In this document: positions 12,308-24,800 of the stretch, piece after piece | How positions within the stretch are numbered: position 1 is the first letter of the stretch | Layout: every line of letters starts with the position of its first letter | Assembly (NCBI RefSeq): GCF_004010195.1 | Contig: NC_057718.1 | Location: 3,750,917-3,814,916, forward strand | Source of the DNA: Chiloscyllium plagiosum | Lineage: Eukaryota | Direction: 5' to 3' | DNA: 64,000 nucleotides | The notes under the pieces: generated by a model | Told to the model about the DNA's origin: nothing | The model's input: the letters and a program-made list of their open reading frames with translations, nothing else | Database searches by the model: none | Program-made: the position numbers and the translations under genes

Positions 12308-13469
12308 GTAAGTAGAGTTTACATGACAATTTTCTTCCAGCAATGGCCTTTTTCCAAATGAATGAATAGGGGTGCCTTTGCAATCAGGATAATTGAGGAA
12401 GTGATGGAGAGTGATTCAGGGATGGATTCACTGCAGGGAGGAAGGTCAGCTCAGGTTCGGTCATTCCCCAAAGTTGCCCCTCGCTGGGTGTAGCCTCAGG
12501 AGTATCTATGAGGGTGAGTACAGTGTGGCTGTTCGCTGAGCTGAAGGGGATGTTTCATCTTCACTGAGTCCTCATGTTGGACAGACATTTGGAGAAAGTG
12601 GGAACAGCCTTGTGATGATTGGAGGAGGTGGAGTGAAACAGTGCAGTGATGGGGGAGATGGAAATGTTGACCAGGTTTCTGAGGGTGAAATGATGAATGT
12701 AAGGTGTTCAGGAATGGTGCCCTGGGGACAGCACTGAGATGATCAGAGTCTGGAGGAGAAACCACTGGTGCTGGGAGGAAGCTGATGAGAAAAGCAGTCA
12801 GAGGGGGACATAGAGAGAGCAGTGCCAGGTGCTGCAATGTGTGTCTGAGATTTTCCAACAGAATGTGGACTCAATGTTTCTCAAAGGAGTGGAGAGTTGC
12901 GAGAGTAAGTAGGGGGAGAGACAGTGAGATGCACAGTCACACGAAGATCAGTTGTGATGCTGATTAGTGGTGGCTCAGTGTTGGGGCTGGGAGTGAATCT
13001 GGATTCCAGGATCTGGAACAGGGAGTAGGCAGGAGCTGGCTCCCCATTGTAAGAGGAAAGAGGCAGTCGGATGGTTGGTCTGGATTGTGGGGACAGAGGG
13101 ACTCTGTGTGGTGCTGCTAATTGGCCTGGGAAGGAGCATTGTTGATGTGAGGAGCTCTGTGCTCACATTTCCCTCATACAGGCAGTCAGTGATTTGGATC
13201 AATTTTCTGACAGTTTGTTGAGTTTGCTAAGAAATAGTTTTCTCGATATGAAATATTACTGACTGAGATAAATAAAGTGTCCATCCATGATAATGGGGGA
13301 TGGTTCACTAGGATCAGCTGACAAACAGGGTATTAGTGTCCAGTGTTTCAGTCTCATTAGTGATTGTAGTGTGGGTGAGGGTGGAGAGGGAGTTGAGATG
13401 GGTGTTAAGGGGGTGGTGCAGCATCCTGCTCTCTAGAGCATGGGACATGTGACAGTCCAGCCCAGGAAC

Positions 13470-15742
13470 AGACCCTTCAGCCCATAAACTCAGTGTCAAT
13501 CATGAAACCATTCTAAATGAATCCCATCTGCCCACACATGGTCCATATCCCTCTATTCCGTCCCTGTGTATGTGTCTGCATAAATGTCTCTTAAGTGCAA
13601 CTGTTGAATCTATTTCTACCACATCCCCTGGCAGTGCAGTCCAGACATCTGCCACTCTCTGTGTAATAAACTTCCCTCACACATCTTCTTTAAGTTTCAC
13701 CCCCTTCACCTTAAACCTACACGCCACCTGTGTTTGACATTTTCACCCTGAGAAAAACACTCTGACTATCCATCCTATCCATGTCTCTCATAGTTTTATA
13801 AACTTCTACCAGGTCGTCCCTCAGTCTCTGATTCTCTTGTGAAAACAATCCAAGTTTGTCCACCCTCTCCTTATAGACTCATGCACTCCAATCCAGGTAG
13901 CATCCTGGTAATCCTCTTTTGCACCCTCTCCAATGTATCCACATGCTTTCAATAGTGTGGTGACCATGATTGCACACAATACTCCAAATGTGGCTGAACG
14001 AAAGTGCTATACAGCTGGAAATTGACATGCCAATTTTCATCCTCAATGCACCATCCAATGCAGCCAAGCATGCCATCTCCCTTCTTTACCATCTTAGCCA
14101 CTTGTATTGCCACTTTCAGGGAGCTATGGACTTGCATCCCAAGATCCTTCTAGATATCAATGCTCCTGCGGGTCCTGCTATTTATTTAGTCTTTCTTCTC
14201 GCATTTGACCTCCCAAAATGCATCACTTCACACTTGTCCAGCTGAAACTCCATTTGCCATTTCACCAGACAACTTTCCAATTTATCAAAATCCCACTATA
14301 TCCTTTGGCAACCTTCTTCACCATCCACTACTCCACCAATTATTATGTCATCTGCAAACCTACTGAAACATAGAAAATAGGAGCAGGAGTAGGCCTTTCA
14401 GCCCTTCGAGCCTACACCAGCATTCAAAAAGATCATAGCTGATAATACAATCTCAGTATCTCATTCCTGCTTTATCTCCAGACCCTTTATTCTTTTAGCT
14501 GTAGGCCACGTCCAGTTCCCTCTTGAATATATCTGGCCCCAACAGTTTCCTGAGGGAGATAATTCCACAGTTTCACAATTCTGAGTGAAGAAATGCTTCC
14601 TCATCCTTGTTCTGAATGGTTTACCCCTTATTCTTAGACTGTGACCCCAGTTCTGAAATTCCCCAACATTCGGAACATACTTTCCACATCTAGCCTGTCC
14701 ATCCCATCAGGATTTTATATGTTTCTGTGAGATCCCCCTTCATTCATCTAAATTCCAGTGAGTACAAGCCTAGTTGATCCAGTCTTTCCTCATATGTCAC
14801 TCCTGCCATCCCAGGAATCAGTCTGGTGAACCTTCACTGGGCACCCTCAAAAGCAAGAATGTCCTTCTCAGACTAGAAGAACAAACCTGCACACAATACT
14901 CAAGGCATGGCCTCACCAAGGCCCTGTGTAACTGCAGCAAGACATCCTTACTCCGATACTCAAATCCTCTCACTATGAAGGCCAGCATGCCATTAGCTTT
15001 CCTCACTGCCTGCTGTACCTGTGTGCCAACCTTCAATGACTGTTCCACCATGACACCCAGGTCTCATTGCACCTCACCTCTTCCTAAACTGCCACCATTC
15101 AGATCAGAATCTGCCTTCCTGTTTTTACAACCAAAGTGGATAACCCCACATTTATCCACATTATATTACATTTGTCCACTCTGGCAGTCTGTCCAAAGCA
15201 CCCTGCAGCCTTTTAGTATCCTCATCACAGCACACCCTGCCACCCAGCTTAGTGTCATCTGCGCAGTTGGAGATATTGCATTCAATTTCTTCGTCCAAAT
15301 CGTTAATGTGTATTGTGAACAGCTGGGGTCTCAGCACTGAATCCTGCGTTATCCCACTCAGCAATGCCTGCCATTCTGATAAGGACCTCTTTATTCCAAC
15401 TCTTTGCTTCCTGTCTGTCAATCAGTTTTCTATCCATGTAGATACATTCCTTTTAATACCATGAGCTTTAACTTTCCTGACTAATCTTATGTCTGGAATC
15501 TTGTCAAATCCTTCTGAAAGTCCAGACACACATTTATGGCTTCACCCTTGTCCACTCTACTGGTTACATCCTCTATAAAAGTCCAGGAGATTTGCCAAGC
15601 ATGATTTCCTTTTAATGAATCCACACTGACTGGGACCGATTCTGTTACTACTTCCCAAATGCTCAATTAGTCCATCCTTAATGATTGACTCCAGCAATTT
15701 CAACACCACCAATGTCAAGCTGACTGGCCTATAATTCCCCAT
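13470..15742 (-). mobile_element. Two adjacent CR1 LINE fragments (about 13470-14365 and 14367-15742)
   Basis: RT motifs NYRPVSLT, GITQDSVLRPQLF...ADDTK, LVRPCLEYC; second 3' tail at ~14370. Confidence 0.85.
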
Positions 15743-16160
15743 TGACTTCCCCCAACAACATCAGTTGTTTTAGTTGAGCCAGGATTGAATCTTTTAGTGT
15801 CCACAGTCAGGTCTGGTCAGCGGTGGGACCAGAAGGGTTTCCAGAAAGTTTATAAATGAGAACGGACTCTTGCAGTGACAGTATCATCAGTGGATTCATC
15901 TGGCAGCATGAGGTAGCTCAAGGCATCATGTTTGCCACTTGGCCTTCTGGACAGTTTTCTGTCACCAAGCACCCCCTTTATTTAGTATGTGACACTGATC
16001 CAGCTCCCTCGGAGCCAGCTCTCAGAGCAGACAGAACCCCTGACACTCCTGTTCATATCTGTCAGCCAGAGCTTCCTGACTGGAACAGATTAATAGCCCC
16101 AGTCAGGGAACTCATATTCCATGAGGTTTACCTGGCTGACCGTGTTACAATCCTGACACA
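15742..16160 (-). mobile_element. Gypsy remnant + LTR, paralogue of 1288-1710
   Basis: Colinear similarity with 1288-1710, including the flanking gggtcccaccatta. Confidence 0.7.
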
Positions 16161-16229
16161 GGGTCCCACCATTAAGTGTATAGCTCCTGCCCTGGTTTGC
16201 CTTACCAATATACAACACATCACATTTGT

Positions 16230-17822
16230 CTAAATTGACTCCATCTACTAATCCTTGGCCCATTGGCCCATCTGATCATGGTCCAATTGGATACTAAGAT
16301 AAACGTCTTCACTGTCCACTGTTTTGGTATCATCTGCAAACTTACTGACCAAACCATTGACACTCATACCCAATTCATTTATATAAATGATGAAAAGAAG
16401 TGGATTCAACACCGATCCATGTGGAACACTGTTGGGCACAGGCCACCAGTCTAAAAAGCACCCCTCCACCATCACCCTCTGTCTCCTCCATTCCAGTCAA
16501 GTTTGTATCCAATTTAGAAACTCCTCCAGATCCCATCTGATGTCACTTTACTAACCAATCTATAATGCAGATCCTTCCTCAGTATTAGCTGACTGCGAAT
16601 TTATTCCATTCAAGGTCTTCTTTCTGATCCTCAACGGGGAACATCATCACAAATCCTCCCTCTGAATTATCTTCACCTTCCAGGAGAGTTTCAGCTCCCC
16701 TTTCATTTGTTTGTGGTGTCACATCAACCCTTACTGACCGATTTTCTTTACTCAGTGCTCTGGTTCCCACACACGACTGATAGATCCCAGAAATCTGTTC
16801 CTGCAAGTGTTCTGTTTCTTCAACAAAAGAACCAGGAGCAGGAGTCGGCCATCTGGTCCTTCGAGCCTGCTCCGCCACTCAATAAGATCATGACTGATCT
16901 TTTCATGGCCTCAGCTCCACTTACCCACCCTCCAAACATAACCCTTAATTCCTTTCCTGACCAAAAAGTTATCTATCTTAGGTTTAAAAACATTCAACGA
17001 GGAAGCCTCAACTTCTTTACTGTGCAGGAAATTTCACAGATTCACCACCCTCCACAATTCAGTCAAAACTTTGCTCCCCCTAATTTTGAGGCTGCGCCCT
17101 CTTGACCTAGTTTGAGCCACCAATGGAAACATCCTCTCTACTTTGATCTATTTTCTTCATAATTTTATTCTTCCACAAGATTCCCTCTCATTCTTCTAAA
17201 TTCCAATGAATATAATCCCAGTCTACACAATCTCATAAGTCAACCGCCTCAATTCCAGAATCATCCTCGTGAACCTCCTCTGCACCCAGTCTCGCCCCAG
17301 TGCAGCCTTTCAACTTCCTTTGGACATTTTATGTTTGTGGGCGAAGTTGCGAGCTTTCCAGCCAAGCCATTTCCCTGAAGGAATGTGCCCGTATTTCAGG
17401 GTGGGAGACCGGTGGCAGGATTGGGGCCCTGGCTGATATCTTTGCACCATCGCTTGCCAAGGCTGAGGTTCTGGAAGATTGGAGGGTAGCAAATGGTGTG
17501 TCCTTATTCAAGGAGGGCTGCAAAGAGAAACCTGGGAACTATCGACCAGTTAAGCCTAACATCTGGGGGAGGCAGGTTACTTGAGAAGATTCTGAGGGAT
17601 AAGATGTACATACATCTGGAAAGACAGGGTTTGATTAGGAGTAGTCAGCATGGGTTTGTGCATGGGAGATCATGCCTTACAAATTTATTTGAGTTCCTTG
17701 ACGAAGTGACCAGAAAGGTTGATGAGGGCAGGGGGTTAGATGTAATCTATATGGATTTTAGTAAGGCCTTCAAGAAGGTTCCACATGAGAGGCTGCTCCA
17801 GAAGTTTAGACAACATGGAATT
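16230..17822. mobile_element. Cluster of CR1 fragments (minus 16230-16580 and 16830-17290; plus 17400-17822)
   Basis: FADDTK, NYRPV and SQHGFVHGRSCLTNL...DVIYMDFSKAF motifs. Confidence 0.8.
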
Positions 17823-18343
17823 ATTATTGTCGCTATTGCTGGGGGTGAGCTGCATTCTTGAACTACTGTGGTCCATGTCCTGCACATAGACCCATTATGC
17901 TCTGAGGGAGAGAATTCCAGCATTTTGACCAGCAGCACTGAAGGAACGGTGATATATTTTCAAGTCAGAATGGTGAGTGGCTTGGAGGGGACCTTGCAGG
18001 TGGTGGAGTTCCCATGTATCTGCTGCCCTTGCCCTTCCAGATGGAAGTGAATGTGGGTTTTGATCGTGCTGCAGAAGACATTGATGTATCCAAAATGTCG
18101 AAGAGATTTTCAACAGAATTAAGAAATATTATTTCACACACTGTTTATTTAATTATATCTGTTTATGTGGACGGATTTTATTTGATATAATTCAGTCACA
18201 AATGCAGCTCTATGGATTAGTATAACAACGTGTTCTCACAATTTAATTGAAAATTCCTACCACTCTGCCAGATCCTTTCAATATGGTAGTACAGGGAATC
18301 TGCTCTTGTGGGAATAAACATCTTGTTTTCTTTTTCTTTAAAG

Positions 18344-18688
18344 GTATCAATGGTCCTGTCGTTCTCCAATCTCCGTGTCTGGAACGTGTCATTGAGGGTC
18401 ACACTGCCCGGTTACAGTGCACCATGAGGAACGCTGTAGTGACACACAACGATGTTCACTGGTACCGACTGTCCGCAGACCAAATTATGGAGCGGGTTTT
18501 AACACATCCAGGAAGTGGCTCCACACAACGGAGCCCAGGGTTCACTGAGCGATTCCAGCCTTTCAGAGACGCCTCCAATATCAGCTTCATTCTGACCATC
18601 ACAAACGTCCAGCCCAATGATACTGGGGTCTATTACTGCTCAGTCTGGGGAAAGGTCTATGGAAGTGGAAGCCAACTCATTGTAGACA
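18344..18688 (+). CDS. Ig V-set (VJ-type) domain exon D3
   Basis: Acceptor tttttctttaaag| and donor |gtaagt; 345 nt, phase 1/1; close paralogue of D1; ends DTGVYYCSVWGKVYGSGSQLIVD; extra Cys in the A strand (QSPC). Confidence 0.92.
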
Positions 18689-20595
18689 GTAAGTAGAGTT
18701 GACATGACAATCACCTCCAACAATAATCTTTTGCCCAATTAATGCATTGGAGATCAGTTTGTGATCAAGAAGATTGAGTAAGTGATAGAGAGTGATCTCA
18801 GGAATGGATTCACAGTGAGGAGGAAGCTGAGCTCAGGTTCAGTGTTCTTAGGTGGTGGGGAGAAAGGGGATACTTTTGTAACAATGGGAGGAGGGTTTTG
18901 TGGAAATGTGAAGCCTTATCCTGGAGATTGTGTTATATTAATTCCATTCAACTGACAAGAGTGTCAGTGCCATTGGGCTGGATGTGCAGAGTCAGGGAGA
19001 TTGCTCTGTGAGGTGCCACATCTGCAGGGGAATCTCCCAGGGATTAGGAATCAACCGTACAGGACAAAGGGGTACACACATCTCTCTCCATTTGAGAGAC
19101 AATTGGTTTGATCCAGGGTAAAGGGAACCACACCGCATTGAGCACAGGGAAAGGGGAAGGGCTCGCTCTCCATGAGCTCCACAGCTGAGATTGCGATAGA
19201 ATAGACAATAGAAGCTGAGATGTTGTCATTATTCTACATTATACTCCAGCCATCTGAGCCACCTGACTGGGGAAGAATGATCATAATATTCTGGGAGTTC
19301 CCAACATAATTAGCTGGAGCTTCGTGTTGAATATTGCTGAGAGCCTGGTTTCAGTCCCCATTCCTGGGGCTTTCTCTTTTACTTGTCCATTTAGGGTGAG
19401 TGGGCAGCCAATAGCAGATCAGATATAATGCAGACAGATGTGAGGATATTCAGATTGAGTGGAGAAATGAGAGCAGTGGAGACAATTTTATTTAAAAGTT
19501 TAATTCTAATGGTGTGCAGGAGCAGACAGATTTGGGAGTATACTCTTTCATTGAAATAAACCATGAAATGTTCAGAAACCATTCTGTAAAGTTTTGTAGT
19601 AAAAGTAAAGCACTAATTTTGCACAATTCACATGAAACTGAAGAAATTCTGAGATGTCAGCACATTCTGACTTCTGATGTGATATCCTTGCTGCACTGGG
19701 GTGGTCTTTCTTTCAAGCTTTTTTTTGACAAACAGCATGAACTATTTCTGCAGAACCAGGTTACCCTGTCTGTGAATAAATGTATGTTTAAGATTAATGG
19801 GAGGTATTTTAATTTCAAATACAAATGCAGATGTTGATCACATTTTCTGCTTGTTTCAAGAATCTGTCTAGCTGACAACCAATGTCAAGTTTATTGTCAT
19901 TAATCAACCTGCTATTTGTTGACTTTGGATTGGAGGACAGAAAATAGACAAAATAGTGTTGATTCAGTGACAGATTTAGTATGACTTGTGATATTAGAGA
20001 CTAACTGCTGATGAGAGGTGTATGGTTTCTGTTTAATTTTAATATCATTTTGCATTGAGTTTGGATTCTGAACTAGTGACATGTAGTCTTTGGGCTTTGT
20101 GTGTATGAGAGGATTTAAAGATTACAATGACAATATTGCTGGAGTGACAATCATTTTTTTCAAGAAGAAATCTATCTGACAGAAACAGTTCTTGGATTGT
20201 GAATGGGAAATTGTTTGCACTGGGTGAGCTTTTATAAGCAGACAAAGTAAACATTGAAATCATTAGGGTGCTTAGAGGTTGATGGAATTGTATTGTTTTT
20301 CAGTTCAAAGAGGCACATTTACATGGAAAGCCTGATTTTTATAATTCACCGAGTCCTGGCGTATGTTAAATATATAAAACATTTTCTTCTGATGAAAGGT
20401 GATAGTTTTGAATTGTTAAGAAGTAGGAACCTCAGTATAAGCCGCTTAATTTGAGAACTCCCCCCCCAAAAATGCCAAATTTAACCCAACTCTCTGCCAT
20501 TGTTTAGTCAGTAAATCCTCTGTCTTTACTCCCTGTTACACTGAGGACTCTCTTCGTATTAAGTAGTTTAATTTGTGGTACCTGACCAAAAGTGG

Positions 20596-20890
20596 TTGGG
20601 ACAGTGGCTCAGTGGTTAGCACTGCTGCCTTGCAGCACCAGGGACCCTGGTTCAATTCCAACCTTGTGTGGCTGTCTGTGTGGCGTTTGCACATTCTCCC
20701 TGTATCTGCATCTATTTCCTCTAATATTCCAAAGATGTGCAGGTTTGGTGAATTGACCATGCTAAAGTGTTCAGGGATGTGTAGGTTTAATGCATTAGTC
20801 TGGGATAAATATAAGATAAGGTCTGGTTGGTTACTCTTCAGAGGGTCATTATGGACTTGTTGGGCTGAAGTTTCTGTTTCCACACTGCAG
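20596..20890 (+). mobile_element. HE1-like SINE
   Basis: gtggctcagtggttagcactgctgcc...ggttcaattcc head and family body. Confidence 0.8.
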
Positions 20891-21222
20891 GGATTCTATA
20901 AAGCATTTTGTAAGTTCAAATGCACGATCGACTGGATACCCTTTATCTATGCTGTTTCTCACCTCATCAAAAAATTCCAATAAATTTGTCCAGCATTATT
21001 TATTTTTCACGACGTCATGCTGACTCTGCTGGATCATACGAGACATTTCTAAATGTTTTGCCAATACCATCATCATCATCACCATTTTCATTACTATTAT
21101 CACCACTGTCATTGTGAATATTATTGTTGCTTATTACTAGTGGTGATCTGCCTTCTTGAATTTCTGCAGTCCATGTGCTGTAGGTAGATCCACAGTGCCC
21201 TGATGGAGGGAATTCCGGGATT

Positions 21223-24200
21223 TAGAACATAGAAAAGTATAGAACAGGCCCTTCGGCCCATGATGTTGTGCCGAGGATCAATCCTAATGTAAAATAAAAT
21301 AACCAAACTATGCACCCCTCAATTCACTGCTGTCCATGTGCATGTCCAACATTGGCTTAAATGTCCCTAATGACTCAGCTTCTACCACCACTGGCAACGC
21401 ATTCCATGCATTCACAATTCTCTGCATAAAGAACTTACCTCTGACGTTCCCTCTATACCTTTCTCCTAATATCTTAAAACTATGATTCCTTGTGCCAGTC
21501 AATCCTGCCCTGGGGATAAGTCTCTGGCTGTTGACTCTATCCATGCCTCTCATTACCTTGTCTACCTCAATCAGGTCACCTCTTTTCCTCCTTCTCTCCA
21601 GAGAGAAAAGTCAGAGCTTAGTCAACCTCTCTTCATAAGGCATGCCCTCCAGTCCAGGCAGCACCCTGGTAAACCTTCTTTGCACCCCCTCTCCAAAACC
21701 TCTGTATCTTTCCTATAGTAGGGTGACCAGAACTGGACACAGTATTCCAATTGTGGTCTCACCAAGGACTTGTAGAACTGCAGCTCTATCACTCTATCCC
21801 CTTGTAAATGAAAACCAAAACAGCATATGATTTCTTAACAACCGTATTCACTTGGATGGCAACTTTGACGGATCAATGTACTTGAACACCAAGATCCCTC
21901 TGTTCCTCTACACTGCCAAGAATCCTGTCTTTAATCCTATATTCAGCATTTGAGATTGACCTTCCAAAATGCATTACTTCACATTTATCCAGGTTGAACT
22001 CCATCTGCCATTTCTCAGCCCAGCCCTGCATGCTGCCTATGTTGCGCTACAGCCTGCAATATCCCTCGATATTATCAACGGCACTTCCAACCTTTGTGTC
22101 ATCGGCAAATTTACTTACCCAACCCTCGACGGCCTCATCCATGTTATTTATAAAAACTACAAAGAGCAGAAGCCAAAGAAGAGACCCCTGCGGGACCCCA
22201 CTCAGCACTGACCTCCAGGCAGAATACTTTCCATCTACAACCACTCTCAGCCTTCTGTCAGCCAACCAATTCTGAATCCAGATAGCTAAATCCCCCTGTA
22301 TCCCATACCTCCTGACTTTATGAATGAGCCTACCATGGGGAACCTTATCAAATGCCTTGCTGAAGTCCATATACACCACATCCAGTGCTTGACCTTCGTT
22401 GACCTGTCTTGTCACCACCTCCAAGAACTCAATAAGAATAATGAGGCATGACCTGTCCCTCAGAAAGCCATGCTGACTGCCTTTAATCATGCTTTGCGTT
22501 TACAAATAGTCATAAATCCTATCCCTCAGAATTCTTTCCAAAATCTTGCTGACCACAGACATAAGACTGACTGGTCTGTAATTGCCAGGGATTTCCCTAT
22601 TACACTTCTTGAATAGAGGAACAACATTTGCGTCCTTCCAATCCTCTGGTACGACTCCTGTGGAGAGTGAGGAGGCAAAGATCTTTGTCAGTGGCTTAGC
22701 AACCTCCTTTCTCGCTTCCCAGAGCAGCCTAGGATAAATCTGGTCTGACCCTGGGGACTTATCAATCTTAATGTTTGCCAAAATTTCCAGCACATCGACT
22801 TCATGAATCTTGATCTGCTCAAGCCTGTATCGCAGCTCCTCAAAGTTCTCATTCACAACAAAATCCCTTTCTTTAATTAAAATTGAAGCAAAAATTTCAT
22901 TTAGGGCTTCCCCTATCTGCTCAGACTCTATGCACAAGTTGAGGAGAAAGTGAGGACTGCAGATGCTGGAGATCAGAGCTGAAAATGTGTTGCTGGAAAA
23001 GCGCAGCAGGTCAGGCAGCATCCAGGGAACAGGAGAATCGACGTTTCGGGCATAAGCCCTTCCTGAAGAAGGGCTTATGCCCGAAACGTCGATTCTCCTG
23101 TCCCTGGATGCTGCCTGACCTGCTGCGCTTTTCCAGCAACACATTTTCAGCTCTATGCACAAGTTCCCTATGCTATCCCTGATTAGTCCTACTTTCTCCC
23201 TGATCATTCTCTTATTCCTCACATATGAGTAAAATGCCTTTGGGTTCTCCCTAATCTTTCCCGCCAAGCCTTTTTTTGTGCCACTTCTTGGCTGTCCTCA
23301 GTCCATTTCTGAACTCCTTTCTAGCAAGCCTGTAATCCTCTAAAGATGTGCTAGATCCTTGCCTCCTCCACCTTACATTAGTTGCCTTCTTCTGTTTGAC
23401 GAGAAGCTCCTCTGTTCTCATCATCCAAGGGTCCTTAAGCTTACCCCTTCTTACCTGTCTCAGAGGAAGAAATTTGTGCATCACTCACAACAACTGCTCC
23501 TCACACAGTCTCCACATGTCTGCTGCGCCCTTTCTGTGGAGCAATTGCTCCCAGTCTGGGCTTCCCAACTCCTGTCTGATAGCGTCGTAATTTCCTTTTC
23601 CCCAATTAAATATCTTCCCTTAGTAACTGCTCCTTTCCCTCTTCAAGGCTATGGTAAATGTGAGGTAGTTGTGTTCACTGTCACCAAAGTGTTCTCCCAC
23701 CGCAAGATCTAACAGCTATCCTGGCTCATTGCCGAACACCAAATCCAAAATGGCCTCTCCCCTTGTTGGTCTGTCGACATACTGAGTAAGGAAACCCTCC
23801 TGAACACACCTGACAAAAACGGCTCCATCCAAACTATCTGCACTATGGAGGTTCCAGGCAATATTCGGAAAGTTGAAATCACCCATAACAACCCTGCTAC
23901 ATCTGCATTTTTCCAAAATCTGCCAGCCTATGAGTTCTTCAATCTCTCTACTGCTATTAGGGGTCTGTAGAAAACCCCCAATGAGGTAGTTGCTCCCCTG
24001 CTGTTCCTAAGTTCCACCCATACTGACTCAGTAGATAAACCTTCCTCAACAGCCTTTGTTTCTGTAGCTGTGATGCACTCTTTGATTCGCAATGCTACAC
24101 CCCCTCCTCTTTTTCCACCCTCTCTGTATTTTTTGAATGTTCTAAACCCTGGAACATCTAGCCGCCATTCCTGCCCCGATGAAACCCATGTCTCCATTAT

Positions 24201-24800
24201 GGCCACAGCATCATAGCCCCAAGTACTGATCCATGCTCTAAGTTCATCACTTTTATTTCTGACAATCTTTGCGTTAAAGCAGACACACTTTAACCGATCA
24301 CTTTGTTTCATCATAGATTCACTACATGCTGTCACTGCCCCGTCTACAACCGACCTCCTTGCAGATATGTAGGTCTGATTCCCACCCCCTTGCCAAACTA
24401 GTTTAAACCCTCCCAAACCCACGAGCAAATCTCCCACCCAGGTCATTTGTGCCCCTCCAGTTCAGGTGCAACCGTCCTTCATGTACAGGTCCCACATTTG
24501 CCAGAAGGCATCCCAATGGTCTAGGTATCTGAAGCCTTCCCTCCTGCACCAGCCTCACAGCCATGTGTTAAGCTGCATTCGCTGACTGTTCCACACCTCA
24601 CTATCTTGTGACACTGGCAGCAAACCTGAGATCATTACTCTACTCGTCCTGCTCTTCAGCCTCCAACCTAGCTCTCTGTAGTCACTTTTCAGATCCTCAA
24701 TCCCTTTCCTGGCTATATCATTGGTGCCAATATGTACCACAATTTCTGGCTGCTCACCCTCCCCCTTCAGAATCCTGTAAAACTGATCAGCGACATCCCG
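21223..24800 (-). mobile_element. Near full-length degenerate CR1 LINE (ORF1 esterase part, APE endonuclease, RT)
   Basis: VHIGTND (ORF1); CFNAKIVRNK...GGGVAL and MGDFNFP (endonuclease); NYRPVSL, SQHGF, DFSKAFDKV, FADDTK (RT); agaacatag tail. Confidence 0.92.
22941..23150. mobile_element. Palindromic non-autonomous Penelope-derived element containing a hammerhead core
   Basis: Long inverted repeat; 15-bp TSD ctctatgcacaagtt at 22926-22940 and 23151-23165; CUGAAGA-a-gggc-uuau-gccc-GAAA-c-GUC at 23063-23090. Confidence 0.82.

Noticed and set aside
22985-23182. Recurrent short ORFs beginning MCCWKSAAGQ or MLPDLL
   Set aside because: They are translations of the Penelope-derived terminal repeat, not genes
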